DNA of 63,601 bases, filler included, from Octopus bimaculoides (lineage: Eukaryota), in NCBI RefSeq assembly GCF_001194135.2. It is 8 parts of 8 records of this genome, joined end to end, with 100 filler letters (N's around TTAATTAATTAA, not from the genome) between each part and the next. Parts side by side here need not be neighbours in the genome. Positions count along the whole stretch, not along the records: positions 1 to 16,905 come from NC_069001.1; 7 more parts are not named here. One strand, given 5' to 3'. This document shows, piece by piece, positions 1-14,090 of the stretch (its first letter is position 1; every line of letters starts with the position of its first letter). Position numbers and translations under genes: made by a program. The notes beneath the pieces were generated by a model. The model was not told the DNA's origin. It did not search any database and saw only the letters and a program-made list of their open reading frames with translations.

Positions 1-166
1 AGCAGATCTTATATCTTCTACCCTGACCCCCTCCCACTTTTGCTCCTCTAAGGAGTCTAGGTCTGTAGCTATTCTATCAATCCAAGGGGCCTTTTCATTG
101 TGTGTTTTATCTTCTGCCCAGATTTTATTCCAAAATTCTTGCACTTCTTCTTTTGATGGGACAGAC

Positions 167-230
<64 letters not shown>

Positions 231-675
231 GGAAGCTAGCTGGCAGAATCGTTAGCGCAGAGGCTGACATGCTTAACAGTATTTCGCTCTTCGTTACTTT
301 CTGAGTTGAAAATCCTCCGAAGTCAACTTTGCTGTTCGTCCTTTCAGGGTCGATAAATTAAGTACCAGTTGAACACTGGAGTCGATGTAATCGACTTAAT
401 ACAAAATTTCAATATGTGTGCCTATAGTAGATATTGTTATTATTATTATTATTATCAACATGAAGGCGGCGAGCTGGCAGAATCGTTAGCACGCCGAACG
501 AAATGCTTAGAGGTATTTTGCCCGTTGCTACGTTCTGCGTTCAAATTCCACCGAGGTCGACTTCACCTTTTATACTGTTGGGGTCGATAAAATAAGTACT
601 AGTTGAACGAAGGGGTCGATGCAATCGACTAATCCGTACCCCAAATTTGCTGTCCTTGTGGCAAAATTTGAAATT
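231..675 (+). mobile_element. Two tandem copies of short tRNA-derived SINE family A
   Basis: Head GGCGGCGAGCTGGCAGAATCGTTAGC (A-box-like), B-box-like GAGTTCAAATTCC, central GGGTCGATAAA(A/T)TAAGTACCAGT..CTGGGGTCGATGTAATCGACT, ATT-rich tail; many further copies in the window (995-1165, 26556-27900, 28960-29375, 44050-44715). Confidence 0.8.
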
Positions 676-698
676 ATTATTGGTAGTGGTAGTAGTAA

Positions 699-737
<39 letters not shown>

Positions 738-1996
738 TAGTAGTGTCATCAGAAGAGAAATGTGACAATATTCTATGCACTTTAGTGTATCTTTAAAAAC
801 AATCTATTATTGTGGTAGATATTATTATAATAATTGCTTGTATTATTTACTCAAGACTTGATCGTTTTTGGCGAGAAATGGTTATTTATTAACTCAAACC
901 GGTATTTCACTGCAAATAGTTTCAATGACCTCGAAAGAGTAAAAGGCAAATTTGACTTTCGGCAACGTTTGAAGTCAGAAAGAAAAGACAGACGACAGGT
1001 AGCGAGCTGTCAGAATCGTGAGCACGCTAAACATAATGACTAATATTATTCGCTCGTCGCTAAGTCTTGAGTTCAAATCCCGTCAAGGTTGATTTTGCTT
1101 TTTATCTTATCGGGGTTGATTAAATAAGTACCAGTTGAGCAGTGAGTTCGATGTTATCGACTATTATTATTATTATTATTATTATTATAACATTAACAAT
1201 AAGGTCCTTTCAGTAGGCAGTCGCCGAGAGACGGGTAAGGAATACCCAAGTGTCTCAAAAATCAAGGTTTCTTAAAATTGTCCTGGGAATGTCTCAGACA
1301 TTAGTAATAGTGGGGGACTAGAATAGTATTTTGGACTCACGGAAACGACTGCTTGGGGGTTTCTATACAGAAAAGGCATGAACGCCTGCTAAGGAACTTA
1401 TATTTGCCTGATAGGTATCGAATCGATTTCCCTGATGTGCCAGTATGGGCATGCAGCAACAAGAACGGGTCATCCAGATCATATCTAGCTAAAGTCATTT
1501 TTATGTCAGAGGATAGGAATAAGATAGTGTAGGTTGTTCCTAATTTTAATTAGTCGGCTACACAGACAACGAGTTTGTGATCGGCATAGTCGAATTATTT
1601 AGGACCCTTCGGATCGGGAACTATCATAGATAATATACTGATGTCCATGGTCCGGTAGAGCTACCGGGTGTCGCTACTAAGTGTATACGTATACTATGAA
1701 TATTTCCGATTCTGTTCATTGTGTACGTGTATACTTCTCTTTTCATTTTATATATCTAATTATTTATATAATTATCTATTTATATATTTTGTCATTTCAC
1801 TATACGTAAACCGTCGCACTTTATGTCCGTTTCCTATTTCCCCACCTCACTCTACGTCCTGGTGCCGAATAAATGAAAATATAATAATAACAATAATAAT
1901 AACAATAATAATAATAAGAATAATAATAATAAGAAGAAGAAGAATTATTATTATTATTATTATTATTATCATTATTATTATTATTATTATTATTAT

Positions 1997-2064
<68 letters not shown>

Positions 2065-2359
2065 TCAGACAAGAAATAATGTGAATATATTGTTCTACTT
2101 TCCGAAAACAGATCATGATTTTGCATGCGGTTTATGGTGTCTTCGAAAAATGTCGCTTTAGTAGCAGTGGTAGAGATCATAAAGAGAATTCGTTTCTATT
2201 GTTGCTAGACGGCTTGGTAGTTTTTGGTGAGAATTAGCTATTTATTATACGCGACACAATACTTGACAGCAAATTGTTTTCCTGACCTCGAAAGAATAAA
2301 AGAAAAATCCGACCTTCGACGGCCTTTGAAATGAGAAAGACAAGACAGACGACATGGGG

Positions 2360-2393
<34 letters not shown>

Positions 2394-2591
2394 TCCACCG
2401 TGCTGACGATTCAGCCAGGTCAACGACTTAAGAAGAAAAAAAAAAAGTAAACACCACCACAGCTACAACTATAATAGCAGCAGCAGCAGCAAGAACATGA
2501 ACAGCAAGAAACAAAAACAAAAACAAAAACAGCAACAACAAACAACAATAATGATAACAATAATGATGATGATGATGATGATAATAATAAC

Positions 2592-2642
<51 letters not shown>

Positions 2643-3109
2643 TTCTTTATTGGCCACAATGCCCGAACACAACTACATATAAAGATAATATAACGCAAGA
2701 GAGAAGATTGGTTTAAAACAGAAAATATGTAAGCAATAAAACAAAGCAGTTAACAAAATATCTAACAATGAAATTCCCCATTAGGGTGGAGATCCACCCT
2801 GGGCCAACCAGAGCACCTCATACATACCGGTCACCCCGAAAAATTCATCATTGTAAAAACACTAATCAAAAACCTAAAAGTACTAAACAAAAACCTAGCG
2901 TCTCTTTTCATTTGCTGAGAGTAAAAAAGATGTGAAATATGGTAACAAGGAGAAAACGAACTGTAAATTACATTTAGCTAACGTTGAAAGAAAATCTGAA
3001 AGAATGTAAAAGAAAATTATTTATACAAAATTATTTATATATAAACACACACACACACATCTTTCAATGTGTGTGTGTTTATATTTATGTATGTGTGCGC
3101 TCGTTTCAT

Positions 3110-3785
3110 TGTCTTTCAGTGTACTGAGTTCAATAAGTATCAGAACAGGCTGTTCGAGGGAGAGACCGGGGAAGACAGAAATTCTATCTAGATGGCTTGC
3201 CAATTTTTCGTGAAGTTTACTGATCAAATATAAAAGTTCTTTATAATTTCCAGGATTATTAGATACTTCAGATTCAAAATGACCCCGATAATAATTCCTG
3301 ACAGCCTAAAAAAATAACTGCATCGATCAATCGTTGCAGAATGGATCTGTTTCATGGTACTTCTTGATTATCTTGTAAGCTCTGTTTTTTTACGCGCATC
3401 TAAGTCAAATTCTATTCGAACATTTCCGAATGCTTTAAGACCTATCATGGATTTTATATATCGTTGAGAACGTTCATGTTTTAGCATAGTCATATATAAA
3501 TTGTTTAAATCATCATAACGTTTATCCTTCCAAACAGTTTTCTTTTTCTGAACAAAACAACACGCATGGGCTGCAGAATAACTTATTAAGCGTAACACTA
3601 CCAGTTAAACATTTTTTTTCTTTTCATACAAATTAACCTGAAATTGTATCGTGAATTTCTTGCTGTAGCTTCTCAAATCAGGTAATTTCGGTGTTGGTCG
3701 ACCACCGTTTATAATTAATTGTTTCCCTTTCAAAGTTTTTTTTTTTTAATCTATTTTTTCAGAATTTCTTCTATAACACACATTT
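3110..3785 (-). pseudogene. Decayed hAT-superfamily transposase N-terminus (ZMYM1/DUF4371-like), frameshifted
   Basis: Minus-strand frames give GGRPTPKLPDL, LTGSVTLNKLFCSPCVLF (TTF-type zinc finger), VWKDKRYDDLNNL..LKHERSQR, ILQRLIDAVIFLGCQEL and ESEVSNNPGNYKELLYLISKLHEKLASHLDRISVFPGLS, in the order expected for this transposase family; several frameshifts and stops. Confidence 0.75.
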
Positions 3786-5241
3786 CAGTAATTTGGACAA
3801 ATATTTCGAAAATCTTAGAGTTCTTATGAAAGTAATAGTGCACATGTGTTAGTGTGTACGCACGCGTAAATTGCAGATCAGTTTCAACAAAACGGAAAGA
3901 TAATTTTAGTCAATGAACGAAAGATTAATTAGCTATATTATATTTCTGATTTCAGAATTTTTGAAAATTTGTGCAGTACAGAGGATGGTTAATGATAATA
4001 ATTTCAGAACGTACGATTAAGCGAAATAGATATTCTAAAGGCACAGCAACATTTGAGTTGGCTAATTAAAAATTATGGGATTGTTGATATGATTTGGTCA
4101 CAATTTTTACGGGTCAAAAACCCAGACCCATTCAACCATTTAACCTGTCACCTTAGCAACATCAATTACAAAGAATTGTTGACAAAGAATAACTGATAGA
4201 AAAGGAGGGGAGAAGCCAAAGCTGTAACACTCGTTTATCTCAAAGTGTGCCTTTCATAGTTATTTTAAGGAGATAAAAAGCAATCTTACAGGCATTGATT
4301 TTACAGATAGGCAGGAGAGAATTAATAGTTATTGAAAGATAAGAAGTGAAGGACAAAAGATTTCATGTACGTTTTTCTTTAAGCATGCCGAGATGAAGCA
4401 AAATAGAGCATGTAAATACTGCAAAGTACCGAACCTGGACAGGTCTCCTTTGAAACAAAGTAACTATTTTAGCTCACTTTCCAATAACTTCGATAAATTT
4501 TCAACGTGGTTATGAATACATTACGTACTTAAAGTAATTTTTAAGCTATATAAAACAAGCACCGTGACACAGTAATTAATTACAGTCAAGGGGAGACTAC
4601 CGTTATGGGATGTTGCTTGGGCATTTACCTTCAAATTGTAAATCATAATACCAAATGTATCTTCTTAAATAGCCACCACACACCCAAGAGGTGCTTATAC
4701 TAGACAAACAGTAATTGTCTAAACGTTCCTGAATACATTCTGCCTAATAGACATATGAGAAGGCCTAAATACATAATCCAAATTAATTAAACGATTACAA
4801 GTTAATCACCTGCTAATTATTAATATGGTTACACATACAGGGTACTGCTACAGGTTACATACTTTCTATATATTATTATTATCTTATTGTTAATATTACT
4901 AAACTTGTCGTTATATCAACCCTTGCTTGAGTTCAACCATATAGAGCCTATCACAAAATTTTATTTCCATTCATACAAAATATGCTTAAGAGAACTAATA
5001 GCTCATAGGAAAGCACCTACTGTAGTACCATGTACAAACAAATACACTCTAAAGAAGTGTGCAACTGAGTTGCTGAGGTTAGGTAATTTTTATTCAAAGC
5101 GTACTTTAATTAGACTAAATTTCATATATGTATGTGTGTCTGTATGTGTGTGTCTGTGTGTGCGTGTATGTGCGTATGTGCATGTACATGAGTGTGTTTG
5201 TGTGCCTGTGAATGGGTGTAACACTGTATAGGTGTATGCAG

Positions 5242-5299
<58 letters not shown>

Positions 5300-5494
5300 N
5301 NNNNNNNNNNNNNNNNNNNNNNNNNNNNNNNNNNNNNNNNNNNNNNNNNNNNNNNNNNNNNNNNNNNNNNNNNNNNNNNNNNNNNNNNNNNNNNNNNNNN
5401 NNNNNNNNNNNNNNNNNNNNNNNNNNNNNNNNNNNNNNNNNNNNNNNNNNNNNNNNNNNNNNNNNNNNNNNNNNNNNNNNNNNNNNNNNNNNNN

Positions 5495-5537
<43 letters not shown>

Positions 5538-5752
5538 TCATATGATATTTTAGTATTTCCAAACCATTTAATTTCATAATTGATTAGATATATGCTGCCC
5601 ATGAAGGAATCACGCTCATCGCTCATTAAGATGCATCTAACATATAGCAAACTCACTAATTACTTATGATACTACTACAACGACAACAACAACAACAACA
5701 ACAACAACAGCTACTACTACTACTACTGATAATAATAATAATAATAATAATA

Positions 5753-5790
<38 letters not shown>

Positions 5791-5828
5791 TATCATTATT
5801 ATTATTATAATTATTATTATTATTATTA

Positions 5829-5866
<38 letters not shown>

Positions 5867-5878
5867 AATAATAATAAT

Positions 5879-6432
5879 AAATGCCGTGATACTGTACCAG
5901 GCATTGGCTCTCATGGCTTCTAATCTTAACTGATTGGAAGTGTTATCATGTATATTGTCTTGGTATAAATGATGGGCGATAACAAATATTGTGCTCATTA
6001 CCACAGATTTGCTTGTCAGTTGTTTGAGCGTAACCAGATGAACATTCATTTGATGGCTGACGATATGTGCATCTCTGATCACGAGCAGAAGTAGTTGGCG
6101 GGGGGGGGGAGGACATCATAGCCATGTATTGAGAGGAATTCTTTGGGGTTTGGATAATTCACCGCTGGAAACAAGGTTATTTTGTTCAACATCCTTAGAC
6201 AAAACTTATTAAGGGACCATTTGAGCGACAGGGACTACTCGAACTGAAGAAAATTCAAACTGGGCCCCACCTGCATGGTCATGCGCTGTTCATACTGACA
6301 TGTGGTCACCATGTCTCGCACATATGGCTGGGAGACATGCGCCTGGTGTACCCTTATCAGACGGGTAGTCATGATGGGTATAATCGGCTTCGTATATTTT
6401 ACCCCAGTGTGGCATGCAATACTCCCTCACTC
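5879..6432. mobile_element. Unclassified ~550-bp interspersed repeat embedded in (TAA)n
   Basis: Colinear with 45213-45755 from AAATGC(C/T) through to CTCACTC; both copies are flanked on both sides by (TAA)n; no recognisable ORF. Confidence 0.8.
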
Positions 6433-6468
6433 AATAATAATAATAAAATAATAATAATAATAATGATG

Positions 6469-6533
<65 letters not shown>

Positions 6534-7013
6534 AATAATAATCAAAAACAACATCAATAAATAAGATGCAACTACATTTGCCGTAGCAGTTGAAATGAAC
6601 AAAAGAGAAACAAAAAGAAAAATAATACAAATAAACTAATTATGTGTTAGTAGTAATTGTCTACTTTAATATTTGAAAATTTTGGGTAGTGAAATCTGAA
6701 CAGTGTTTGGTAGTAATGTAGCATCTTATCTGGTAATCCCGACAGACTGTGTAGTACTTTGTATTGTTAGCATATGCATATATATATTTAATCACGCACA
6801 CACATACACATGTATATATATATATATATGATATATTTGCACATAAATATGTTAATATGAATCAAGTTACACATGTATATATGTATGAATGTATATAATA
6901 GCATGTTTTCAAACGTATATATTTATTAACTCTCTACGTATCAATTATGCCGAATTACTGAACAATATAGTTCAATATGTTCTGTAAGTAATACAGTATG
7001 AGAAATAAATACA

Positions 7014-7047
<34 letters not shown>

Positions 7048-7982
7048 NNNNNNNNNNNNNNNNNNNNNNNNNNNNNNNNNNNNNNNNNNNNNNNNNNNNN
7101 NNNNNNNNNNNNNNNNNNNNNNNNNNNNNNNNNNNNNNNNNNNNNNNNNNNNNNNNNNNNNNNNNNNNNNNNNNNNNNNNNNNNNNNNNNNNNNNNNNNN
7201 NNNNNNNNNNNNNNNNNNNNNNNNNNNNNNNNNNNNNNNNNNNNNNNNNNNNNNNNNNNNNNNNNNNNNNNNNNNNNNNNNNNNNNNNNNNNNNNNNNNN
7301 NNNNNNNNNNNNNNNNNNNNNNNNNNNNNNNNNNNNNNNNNNNNNNNNNNNNNNNNNNNNNNNNNNNNNNNNNNNNNNNNNNNNNNNNNNNNNNNNNNNN
7401 NNNNNNNNNNNNNNNNNNNNNNNNNNNNNNNNNNNNNNNNNNNNNNNNNNNNNNNNNNNNNNNNNNNNNNNNNNNNNNNNNNNNNNNNNNNNNNNNNNNN
7501 NNNNNNNNNNNNNNNNNNNNNNNNNNNNNNNNNNNNNNNNNNNNNNNNNNNNNNNNNNNNNNNNNNNNNNNNNNNNNNNNNNNNNNNNNNNNNNNNNNNN
7601 NNNNNNNNNNNNNNNNNNNNNNNNNNNNNNNNNNNNNNNNNNNNNNNNNNNNNNNNNNNNNNNNNNNNNNNNNNNNNNNNNNNNNNNNNNNNNNNNNNNN
7701 NNNNNNNNNNNNNNNNNNNNNNNNNNNNNNNNNNNNNNNNNNNNNNNNNNNNNNNNNNNNNNNNNNNNNNNNNNNNNNNNNNNNNNNNNNNNNNNNNNNN
7801 NNNNNNNNNNNNNNNNNNNNNNNNNNNNNNNNNNNNNNNNNNNNNNNNNNNNNNNNNNNNNNNNNNNNNNNNNNNNNNNNNNNNNNNNNNNNNNNNNNNN
7901 NNNNNNNNNNNNNNNNNNNNNNNNNNNNNNNNNNNNNNNNNNNNNNNNNNNNNNNNNNNNNNNNNNNNNNNNNNNNNNNNNN

Positions 7983-8024
<42 letters not shown>

Positions 8025-9832
8025 ACATAATAAATATAATAATAAAAATTTAACTGTAGCATGTATGTAATTACATACAAACAATGAGTATGGATAAACT
8101 GTTGTTTGGAAGCATTCGATTTCTTTAAAGACGAGGTGTGGATGTAAGAATATAATGATAGAATTTTCCTAAATAACTAGTTGTGTATTCGTTTAGTCAG
8201 TGAGACAGACATTGTCGCCTCTGTAAAGTTATTGCTATAAATAACTTAAGTGGGATATATATCTTCTGCTCAGATATGTTTTATAATGTTTTGGTTTTTT
8301 TGTTTGGATTTTGTGTTGTTTACTATTGGTATTTTTTTGTTTGTGTTTTTCTATTTCTTTTGTAATGTAGTATCAATTTGTGGAAACGAATAACTGTATT
8401 ATTCCGTAAGACAAGCCCTGGATTAAAGTGTGTGTATATGTGCATGTATGCGACAGTGTGTGTGTGTTTGTGCGTTCGTGTGTGTGCACGAGCGTGCATC
8501 CGTGATTGTTTGTCTTTGTACAAGAATATTTTTCTTTCATTCAAATATTAATGCATATAACTTTTATACATACACCAGCTATTATTGTATTTTATGTATT
8601 TATATGTATGTACGTAAGTACATATGTTTATGAGTGCATCTGTACATATATATATATATATATATATATAGATATGTATATACTTACAGGCGGCCGTCAA
8701 ACTGATGACATAATGTATATATCTACGTATTATAATCAATATTTTTTCATCTACAGTTTTCCTTAATTGACTGAATCAAACTGAATTTCTTGACGTAGAT
8801 TTTCCGCGGCCTGGTGCCTTTCTTGTCACCGAGCCACATGTGTCTCCAAGCAATATAACATCTACCCATCGCCAGAAATTTCATCCCTGAAGATTGGATG
8901 GGAAAAACATCGCGTATATGACAGCCAGTACATGATATCGAGACGAGGTATACACGGAGTCACATATATTAGAAGTTGCACTTATNNNNNNNNNNNNNNN
9001 NNNNNNNNNNNNNNNNNNNNNNNNNNNNNNNNNNNNNNNNNNNNNNNNNNNNNNNNNNNNNNNNNNNNNNNNNNNNNNNNNNNNNNNNNNNNNNNNNNNN
9101 NNNNNNNNNNNNNNNNNNNNNNNNNNNNNNNNNNNNNNNNNNNNNNNNNNNNNNNNNNNNNNNNNNNNNNNNNNNNNNNNNNNNNNNNNNNNNNNNNNNN
9201 NNNNNNNNNNNNNNNNNNNNNNNNNNNNNNNNNNNNNNNNNNNNNNNNNNNNNNNNNNNNNNNNNNNNNNNNNNNNNNNNNNNNNNNNNNNNNNNNNNNN
9301 NNNNNNNNNNNNNNNNNNNNNNNNNNNNNNNNNNNNNNNNNNNNNNNNNNNNNNNNNNNNNNNNNNNNNNNNNNNNNNNNNNNNNNNNNNNNNNNNNNNN
9401 NNNNNNNNNNNNNNNNNNNNNNNNNNNNNNNNNNNNNNNNNNNNNNNNNNNNNNNNNNNNNNNNNNNNNNNNNNNNNNNNNNNNNNNNNNNNNNNNNNNN
9501 NNNNNNNNNNNNNNNNNNNNNNNNNNNNNNNNNNNNNNNNNNNNNNNNNNNNNNNNNNNNNNNNNNNNNNNNNNNNNNNNNNNNNNNNNNNNNNNNNNNN
9601 NNNNNNNNNNNNNNNNNNNNNNNNNNNNNNNNNNNNNNNNNNNNNNNNNNNNNNNNNNNNNNNNNNNNNNNNNNNNNNNNNNNNNNNNNNNNNNNNNNNN
9701 NNNNNNNNNNNNNNNNNNNNNNNNNNNNNNNNNNNNNNNNNNNNNNNNNNNNNNNNNNNNNNNNNNNNNNNNNNNNNNNNNNNNNNNNNNNNNNNNNNNN
9801 NNNNNNNNNNNNNNNNNNNNNNNNNNNNNNNN

Positions 9833-9873
<41 letters not shown>

Positions 9874-10609
9874 ACCTCTACCTACATCTCTTCCTCCAGC
9901 TGTCTCTATCTATCAATCTCTACCTACATCTCTTCCACTAGCTCTCTCTCTATCTAATCTCTCCCTCCCACTCTCTCTCTCCCCGTCTCTCTATCTAGCT
10001 GTCTATCTATCTCTATCTCTCTTACCCTGTCTCATGTCTTCAGCACGTTAGTGCACCCAAGACACACTAGAAACAGTGGTAAAATTCCTTTAAATCGTAC
10101 TATGCAGTCGTGCGAATAGGACAGACACACTGCAAAAATGTGATTCGCCGTAATACTACGGTGCAACAATCCAGTCATCCACTTCCTCCTCCCGCTATTC
10201 TTGGGAATGTGGCGGAACGAGAGTTCTCAGACAACTCTGCAATTGAATCCAATCAGCAGCAGAAATCATTACACTTCACGGTTGGATTCTCAAGAATCAT
10301 CAACCGAAACTGTAGTTATTATCCAATCATCACTCTGTAACCTACCCTTAGGTCACGTGCCGGTTTGATCGGCTAGAAGAATCCGTCTTGCGATTCCTTC
10401 CTGCGAGTGCTTAACAACAAAAACAGCAACAAGAAGAGAGAGAAGAACAGCATGATAAAATGATTAATTTTACAGACTCTCATATCAATCCACGTTCACC
10501 ATTTACTGCCACGCAGTTTTACCAATACCATTTATTCTTCTATAGGCGTTTATTAATTCTCAAATATTCTGATCAGAATAGTATGTTTACTGTAGAATGA
10601 CGTACCTTG

Positions 10610-10657
<48 letters not shown>

Positions 10658-10673
10658 GATCGATCTATCTTTG

Positions 10674-10723
<50 letters not shown>

Positions 10724-11782
10724 TATCTGTCTATGTATCAATCTTTCTCGCTCTCTCTCTCGCTCTCTCACTTTCTCTCTCTCNNNNNNNNNNNNNNNNN
10801 NNNNNNNNNNNNNNNNNNNNNNNNNNNNNNNNNNNNNNNNNNNNNNNNNNNNNNNNNNNNNNNNNNNNNNNNNNNNNNNNNNNNNNNNNNNNNNNNNNNN
10901 NNNNNNNNNNNNNNNNNNNNNNNNNNNNNNNNNNNNNNNNNNNNNNNNNNNNNNNNNNNNNNNNNNNNNNNNNNNNNNNNNNNNNNNNNNNNNNNNNNNN
11001 NNNNNNNNNNNNNNNNNNNNNNNNNNNNNNNNNNNNNNNNNNNNNNNNNNNNNNNNNNNNNNNNNNNNNNNNNNNNNNNNNNNNNNNNNNNNNNNNNNNN
11101 NNNNNNNNNNNNNNNNNNNNNNNNNNNNNNNNNNNNNNNNNNNNNNNNNNNNNNNNNNNNNNNNNNNNNNNNNNNNNNNNNNNNNNNNNNNNNNNNNNNN
11201 NNNNNNNNNNNNNNNNNNNNNNNNNNNNNNNNNNNNNNNNNNNNNNNNNNNNNNNNNNNNNNNNNNNNNNNNNNNNNNNNNNNNNNNNNNNNNNNNNNNN
11301 NNNNNNNNNNNNNNNNNNNNNNNNNNNNNNNNNNNNNNNNNNNNNNNNNNNNNNNNNNNNNNNNNNNNNNNNNNNNNNNNNNNNNNNNNNNNNNNNNNNN
11401 NNNNNNNNNNNNNNNNNNNNNNNNNNNNNNNNNNNNNNNNNNNNNNNNNNNNNNNNNNNNNNNNNNNNNNNNNNNNNNNNNNNNNNNNNNNNNNNNNNNN
11501 NNNNNNNNNNNNNNNNNNNNNNNNNNNNNNNNNNNNNNNNNNNNNNNNNNNNNNNNNNNNNNNNNNNNNNNNNNNNNNNNNNNNNNNNNNNNNNNNNNNN
11601 NNNNNNNNNNNNNNNNNNNNNNNNNNNNNNNNNNNNNNNNNNNNNNNNNNNNNNNNNNNATATATATATATAAGCACAGATATGTATATATACAAACATA
11701 TGCAGCCTTACATATGCATAGACATATATATGTATATATGTGCTTGTATGTATGAACAGACATACTTACAGACGTATACATT

Positions 11783-11831
<49 letters not shown>

Positions 11832-12217
11832 TCATCTTCTTCGAATCGGCCTTCAGTTGTGAATTGGTGAATAAAAAGTGAGAAAGACAGAAGGGAAAGC
11901 AAGAGAAACAGAGACAGAGAGAGAGACAGACAGAGACAGACAGACTGAGACAGAGAGAGAGAGACAGAGAAAATGAAATATATGAAAACAAAGAGTGAGT
12001 TTGAATAATAGAGAGATGGATAAAGACTGACTGAGTGAGAATGATTGAACGAAAGAAGGACAGGGGGAAATAAATCGTTAAAGCGACTTATGGCCGCCAT
12101 TTCCTTTCTACAAATCTACTGTTGTCTTTTGGAATTATTGTCTTTCCGTGTTCAGTTTCATAATGAAGTTATCTCGAATGCAGTCTGTATCAGCAATATG
12201 ATGGTCCATAAAGCTAC

Positions 12218-12265
<48 letters not shown>

Positions 12266-12433
12266 GTAATAGTAATAATAATGATAATAGTAATAATAGT
12301 AATGGTGATGGTAGTAGTGGTGGGGATAACGGCGATGAGGATAAGAACAATGGTAATACCCACTGATTACGCATGTATGAGCACGTACCGTTATACATAT
12401 GTGTATTATGTGTGCGAATATGTGTATGTCTGT

Positions 12434-12472
<39 letters not shown>

Positions 12473-12495
12473 TGCGTGTATGTATTATGTATGCA

Positions 12496-12555
<60 letters not shown>

Positions 12556-13339
12556 CATATATGTGTATGTATATGTGTGTGTGCGTGCGTGTGTCTACGT
12601 TGTGTGAATGTGAGAACGTATTTACTAAGTTTTGGGCCGTTACTTTTAAAGAAGTTTAGCAATAAAACCGCAAAACCTGCATGTGTGTGGAGTCAATATG
12701 GAGACGTAGGTCGAATTCGTTATAAACTTAGTTTCTTACTGGAACTTCAAGCTTTGCATAACTATTCCAGCTGAAGTTTGTATATGTATGTATACATATA
12801 GATGTAGGTATGTACATATATGTATGGATATATGCATATAATTATATATTATTTACGTTATTATATGATCGAACGCCACGCATCCTTTTCCAAGTAAGTT
12901 TTATCTTAATTCCTACTGCGCATTCTACTACTATTACTATCACTTCCCTGTCTGTCTCTCTCCCTCTCTTGTTCTTCATCCTTACTGTTTTTCTATCCCA
13001 ACACTCCCCCTTTCGTCTCTTCGTTTCACCGTTCCCTCTCTCTCACTCCTCCTCCTTGACCCTCTCGTCGCTGACACGTGACGAAAGGGATTCTTTCTTT
13101 TTACTTCCTGCCTTCCTACAGAAAAGACGTGATTTTTTTCTCTCTCATACGCATCTAACTTCGCGTTCAAAATAATAATTTTTCTATCGTCTTGGCCTAA
13201 CAGCCCTTACCGTTTGTTTTCCCCGTTCTGTCTTATTTTTACTGTCTTGTTCTCACTGTCCTGTTCTTGTTTAGACTTTCACCCTCCGCAAAAAATTCCA
13301 AATTTTATTTGATTTGCTTGCGGGAAGGACTGTTCCAAC

Positions 13340-13550
13340 GAAGTCGGGTATTGTCCTTGCTTTCGTAACGCGGAGTAGATCGAACAGCGACAACTGAAGA
13401 AGGAAAATATTCTTTATGCTGCATGTCTCGTTTCTTTGTTTGTTTGTTTTTTTTCGTTGTTCGAAAAAAAGTTTGTTTACTGTCTTCGTCTTTATGTTTT
13501 CTTTTCTCATTGTGTTTAACGTTTTTTGTGTTGACCTGTTCACATATATG
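13340..13550 (+). repeat. Interspersed repeat; second copy 16590-16800
   Basis: Shared TTCG(A/T)AACGCGGAGTAGAT..ACAACTGAAGAAGG(G/A)AAT(G/A)TTCTTTATGCTGC.TGTCTCGTT followed by T-rich sequence. Confidence 0.7.
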
Positions 13551-14033
13551 CATGTATGTATACATATAGATGTAGGTATGTACATATATGTATGGATATA
13601 TGCATATAATTATATATTATTTACGTNNNNNNNNNNTATATATACCTATTGGAAGTAACATGTAGAACACCAGTAAACCACAAATACAGCAGGAAATATT
13701 GTTCATTCTTGCTTTATTGTTCAGTATTTTACTGGGGTTTTAACTCCTATTTCTAGGAGGTAGGCGTCATGTGTGCCCTTCTGATATATAATAAATATTT
13801 ATATTTATATGTGTGTGTATGTGTGTGTGTGTTCAGCAGTGTATAGGAATGGGCTTCGCAGTCTGTTACGTATGCGTAATATCTATCGACGTAAAGTTTA
13901 CGTATTCAATCACGTTAGACATATATTTGTCTTCTGTACTTGGCTCTTGCATCTCATGTTTCATATCGGGTCAATCATGTTGTAAATAGCAATGCAAACC
14001 CGAATCATAGATGCATATATTTAGACGCTATCA

Positions 14034-14090
<57 letters not shown>

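Noticed and set aside
2640-3000. Possible L1/Tx1-like 3' fragment on the minus strand
   Set aside because: Only a vague compositional impression; no motif that I can support.
4887-5231. 114-aa plus-strand ORF
   Set aside because: No recognisable domain or splice context, and it ends in a (TG)n repeat.
8900-8945. CTGAAGA...AAAAC..GTA as another hammerhead-like motif
   Set aside because: No convincing stem I or stem II pairing and no second copy in the window.
6941-11870. Long ORFs of 300-400 aa in the supplied track (similar ones at 17647-18367, 20046-21193, 37346-38445, 40603-41583)
   Set aside because: They consist of N-runs plus dinucleotide repeats and have no coding information.
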